A stretch of 64,000 nucleotides of DNA, taken from NCBI GenBank assembly GCA_043739185.1, contig JAYUEN010000386.1:1-64000 (forward strand), in the 5' to 3' direction. Made by a program: the position numbers and the translations under genes. Source of the stretch: Bdellovibrionales bacterium. Its GTDB lineage: Bacteria; Bdellovibrionota; Bdellovibrionia; Bdellovibrionales; JAMPXM01. This document shows positions 60,584 through 64,000 of this stretch, in pieces. A model generated the notes under the pieces. It made no database searches and had not been told where the DNA came from. It saw only the letters and a program-made list of their open reading frames with translations. The stretch's first letter is position 1. Each line of letters opens with the position of its first letter.

Positions 60584-61339
60584 TTGGGAGCATTAGATCG
60601 CTATCAAAAGCCGGGCGGTTTTGGCCAGCTTCTGCAATTAATCGAAACCTGCGGATCAGTGAAACAAGAAAAATTTCTTACCATGGTTCGGGAGGCAGAT
60701 CCACGATGGAGCGAGGCCATTCAAAAGAAAATGCTCACCATGGAAAAGATCTTGTCTTGGTCAGATGAAGTAGTTTCTGAGATCGCGGGTAGCCTGCAAG
60801 AGCTCACAATTGCGATTGCACTACATGGTCTCAACGCGGAGGCAAGAGTAAGATTTTATCGTAGTTTTAGTTTTTCACAGCGCCGCAAAATTGACGATTT
60901 ATTTGAAGTCAATCAACCATCAGCTGCCGATATTGGTGCCGCCTATATAAAAATTTTTACTGAAGTCCGTCGCCTAATGCATGAAGGAACCTTGCGCGTA
61001 GACCGAGTGGACCCAGAGGTATTCGTACCAGATGGTATCGAAGAAGCTCTTCGTAAAGGCGGGGAGATGAATATTTTGAGATCGGTACCCTTGCCCGTAC
61101 CCTCACAAAACTCAAATCCTACGCCAGCACAAGAGCGGCAAGCTTTGCCGAAACCCGAAGTTCAAAAACAAAATGTTCACAACGCGACTTCAACAAATGC
61201 GAGTATTAGTAACGATGCAGATGACAATCGCATTCTTCGTAAAAAAATATTGGCCATGACGGAAGAGATCAATTCGCTCAAGCAAGATGTGCAGAATCTA
61301 AAAGCGAAGATTGAACATATTAAAAAAATTGCGGCCTAA
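60584..61339 (+). CDS. FliG C-terminal-domain-like protein with a C-terminal coiled coil
   Basis: Probable TTG start 60584; FliG-C-like segment (KMLT.E.I...D..V...IAIAL...S..R...I...VRRL..EG.L). Confidence 0.65.
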   Translation: MGALDRYQKPGGFGQLLQLIETCGSVKQEKFLTMVREADPRWSEAIQKKMLTMEKILSWSDEVVSEIAGSLQELTIAIALHGLNAEARVRFYRSFSFSQRRKIDDLFEVNQPSAADIGAAYIKIFTEVRRLMHEGTLRVDRVDPEVFVPDGIEEALRKGGEMNILRSVPLPVPSQNSNPTPAQERQALPKPEVQKQNVHNATSTNASISNDADDNRILRKKILAMTEEINSLKQDVQNLKAKIEHIKKIAA

Positions 61340-61341
61340 GC

Positions 61342-61902
61342 TCAATCCTCGATCTCCTCATGCAGAGCTTGAGGGGACCAGAACTGCTTATACTCTTCTA
61401 TAAAACTGAGTTTGGTTAAATCTTTTATGCGATCAATATACAAGGTACCATAGAGATGATCGAATTCATGCTGCAGAACCGTAGCCAAGAAATTTTCGGC
61501 TTCCAGACTTTGCGGCTCGGCTCTTTCATCTAGGTATTCAACTGAAATGCCTTTTGGCCTGGCGACGGGGCCTCGCAAATCGGGAACAGACAAGCAGCCC
61601 TCCCAAAAAGTTTGCTCTTTAGGATTGGTCACTTTTATGACTGGGTTAACAAAAATCTTTAGGCCTTGATTTCCCATCTCGGGATAGCGCTCATTTTTAT
61701 TATTAAATTCGATTACCGAAACCTGCACGAGCTCACCAATTTGAGGTGCTGCAATTCCGACTCCACTCGTCGCTCGCATTGAGTCTGTCATATCAACTAT
61801 CAATTGAGAAAACCAATCCGACAGTATTTCTTCCTTACTCAACTCGCGAGAGCGCTGCCGCAAAAGTGGATTGCCCATTCTCAATATTTGACGAACTGCC
61901 AC
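61342..61902 (-). CDS. def: peptide deformylase
   Basis: GVGIAAPQIG, EGCLSVP and QHEFDHL motifs; probable GTG start 61902 with AAGGAG RBS. Confidence 0.95.
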   Translation of the reverse strand: MAVRQILRMGNPLLRQRSRELSKEEILSDWFSQLIVDMTDSMRATSGVGIAAPQIGELVQVSVIEFNNKNERYPEMGNQGLKIFVNPVIKVTNPKEQTFWEGCLSVPDLRGPVARPKGISVEYLDERAEPQSLEAENFLATVLQHEFDHLYGTLYIDRIKDLTKLSFIEEYKQFWSPQALHEEIED

Positions 61903-61947
61903 AGTGTCTCCTTGTAAGATCATGATTAAGTTTGTTAGGCTCAGCGT

Positions 61948-63186
61948 ATGACCGAAGGACATCATAACATTATCAAGAGTGTTTTTTCAAAAAAAATGCT
62001 GATCATAGGACTGATGGGGTTCTTTTCGGGAGTTCCTCTCCTTCTGGTGGGTTCTACTCTCAAGGCTTGGTTGACCGAATCAAATGTCGATTTAAAGGTC
62101 GTTGGCTTTTTTTCGTTGGTGGGCATTCCCTATAGTGTTAAATTTTTATGGTCACCATTTATGGATCATTTTAAAGTCTTTTCCTTTGGAAGACGGCGAA
62201 GTTGGTTGATGCTCAGTCAGCTTTGTTTGGCGGCGAGCTTATTCGTTATTTCATTTATCCATCCCGGCGAAGCCATTTTTACAGTTGGACTTTTGGCTAT
62301 ATTGATTGCGTTTTTCAGCGCAAGCCAAGACATCGTAGTAGATGCATACCGAAGAGAGGTCTTGATTAATGAAGAACAAGGATTGGGTTCGAGCGTATAC
62401 GTTAACTTTTATCGCCTCGCGATGTTGTTTAGCGGTGGCTTTGCACTTTATTTAGCCGATCATTTTCCCTGGGGACAAGTCTATCAGATGATGGCTCTTT
62501 GTATGCTTCTTGGAGTTCTCTTAACTTGGTTTTCGCCAGAACCCAAACTGCAGATAAACTCAAAAAACATTTGGGGAGCCTATGTTGAACCGCTCAAAGA
62601 GTTTTTCTCTCGAAAATATGCTTGGCTGATTTTGGCCTTTATTGTTTTTTACAAAGTCGGCGAATCTATGGCTTCAGATATGACGACGCCATTTTTTTTA
62701 AAACACGGATTCACGAAAACAGAAATTGCAAGCGTGGTCAAATTTTTTGGTTTTTGGGCAACTCTCGCGGGTGCTTTTTTGGGTGGCGTCTTGTTGATAA
62801 GAATTCGTGCCGGCCGGGCCCTTTTGCTGTTTGGCATTCTTCAAAGTCTAGCGCTTTTTGGTTTTAGTTTTATTGCTCTTCAAGAACCAAATATTCGCTT
62901 GTTAGCAGTGGTGGTGACAGCAGAAAATTTCACTTCGGGAATGGCGACCACTGCGCTTCTGGCATTCATGGCCAATCAATGTGATACGCGCTTTTCAGCG
63001 ACCCAATACTCACTCCTCAGCAGCTTGCTAAGTGTCCCACGTGTTTTAGCTGGCAGTCTCACTGGCATTCTTGCAGTGCAATTGGGTTGGCAATATTTTT
63101 TCATTTTTTGTGCACTTGTAACGGTGCCTGGCCTTCTCTTGATTTTTGGTTTGGGTAAAATCAATCAAGAGTATAAGATTCGTTAA
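61948..63186 (+). CDS. ampG: AmpG family muropeptide MFS permease
   Basis: KFLWSP, GRRRSW, SASQDIVVDAYR and ATQYSLLSS motifs. Confidence 0.92.
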   Translation: MTEGHHNIIKSVFSKKMLIIGLMGFFSGVPLLLVGSTLKAWLTESNVDLKVVGFFSLVGIPYSVKFLWSPFMDHFKVFSFGRRRSWLMLSQLCLAASLFVISFIHPGEAIFTVGLLAILIAFFSASQDIVVDAYRREVLINEEQGLGSSVYVNFYRLAMLFSGGFALYLADHFPWGQVYQMMALCMLLGVLLTWFSPEPKLQINSKNIWGAYVEPLKEFFSRKYAWLILAFIVFYKVGESMASDMTTPFFLKHGFTKTEIASVVKFFGFWATLAGAFLGGVLLIRIRAGRALLLFGILQSLALFGFSFIALQEPNIRLLAVVVTAENFTSGMATTALLAFMANQCDTRFSATQYSLLSSLLSVPRVLAGSLTGILAVQLGWQYFFIFCALVTVPGLLLIFGLGKINQEYKIR

Positions 63187-63188
63187 TA

Positions 63189-63914
63189 TTAATGTTCCTC
63201 TAAAAACGCAGTCACCAAGCGCGTGAATTCCGTAGGATTGTCCCATGGTGCTCGATGTGAAGCTTGTTTCACTTTATGAAAACGATGACTAGCGGCCACC
63301 TGAGGAAAGCCACAAAGTAAATCGCAGTATTTCTCATCTTCTTCACCTGCGAGCCACAGCACAGGAATCTTCAGGTTCATCATCTTAACTGCCAAATCGT
63401 CTTGCTTAGCGATCGACCAGTTTAAAAGAGCTTCTGCTAAAGCCTTTCGGTCAAAATCTTTTTCTTCGCGCTTCAAAACAATTGCATCTTGGGCTGAATT
63501 TTTCACTTTGAAAATATCTTGATCTCCCCATTCAGAGATGATTTTTTTCCAATCACTTTTTAAAAACTTTTGTGCCCACTTAAAATCGATCTCCTTGCGA
63601 GCAGCTCGCTCGACAACGTTTGCAGTTCCGGGATTGGCAGAGACCAAAATGGCGGCACTCCAAAAATGAGGTTGGGCCAGCAAAAGATGCATGGCTAGTC
63701 TTCCGCCCAATGAATAGCCGAGTAGAACTCGAGGTTCCTTTGAGTTTTGAAATTGCTCTTCAAGCGCTTTTGATTTTTGTAGGGCCCACGCTTTCAACGT
63801 AAGATTTTCATTTTTTGGCCAAAGATCTGGAGCTTCAAGATTCGGAAAACTTTTCTTTAAAAAGTCCCAGTCCGAGCCCAACCCTAAAAAGCCATGCAGA
63901 GCATAAATAGTCAT
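63189..63914 (-). CDS. menH: SHCHC synthase (alpha/beta hydrolase)
   Basis: LHGFLG, GYSLGGR and GEEDEKY motifs; ATGA-coupled to the upstream menD-like gene. Confidence 0.8.
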   Translation of the reverse strand: MTIYALHGFLGLGSDWDFLKKSFPNLEAPDLWPKNENLTLKAWALQKSKALEEQFQNSKEPRVLLGYSLGGRLAMHLLLAQPHFWSAAILVSANPGTANVVERAARKEIDFKWAQKFLKSDWKKIISEWGDQDIFKVKNSAQDAIVLKREEKDFDRKALAEALLNWSIAKQDDLAVKMMNLKIPVLWLAGEEDEKYCDLLCGFPQVAASHRFHKVKQASHRAPWDNPTEFTRLVTAFLEEH

Positions 63915-64000
63915 TTTTTTACAAACTCACTTAACTCATTCCAAAAATTTTGCGTCTCTTCTGCGTCCGGAACTACTTCTAAAACCTGAGTGTTCGGCTG
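63911..64000 (-). CDS. C-terminus of a truncated gene, probably menD (...QVLEVVPDAEETQNFWNELSEFVKK*)
   Basis: Open frame ending in TGA overlapping the menH ATG; menD-menH is the usual order. Confidence 0.5.
   Translation of the reverse strand, partial: QPNTQVLEVVPDAEETQNFWNELSEFVKK

Noticed and set aside
1..64000. Many short antisense or alternate-frame ORFs in the track; also searched for CRISPR, tRNA, IS, integrase, RT and defence genes
   Set aside because: The short ORFs are shadows of well-supported genes. No repeat-spacer arrays, tRNA cloverleaves or mobile/defence protein motifs were recognised by eye.

Overview
This is a gene-dense, AT-leaning bacterial chromosome segment. Gene content and protein style suggest a Bdellovibrionota-like predator (inference, no database search). 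It is mostly housekeeping: a GspG/pilin-like gene, TPR and LolB-like lipoproteins, prkA-yeaH-spoVR-proBA, a leucine-degradation (MCC/liu) cluster, a trypsin-like protease, RNase P RNA, dusB-typA, mtgA, a BMP-type nucleoside ABC transporter, flbD-motAB, tolQRAB-glnE-PPIase, an Rrf2-sufBCDS-nfu operon, ftsEX-envC-ctpA, a PilZ protein, a FliG-C-like protein, def, ampG, menH and the 3' end of probable menD. I saw no CRISPR array, tRNA, rRNA, transposase or integrase. The most interesting unexplained signal is a ~185-nt multi-stem, possibly pseudoknotted RNA-like element at 12977-13160. It has its own plausible sigma70 promoter and lies antisense to both neighbours. Other notable items are an unannotated sigma28-driven 36-aa membrane peptide beside rnpB, a collapsed O-methyltransferase pseudogene, a dusB with no canonical start codon, and divergent sigma28 units pairing a PilZ protein with a FliG-C-like protein. 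All structure and promoter calls were made by eye.
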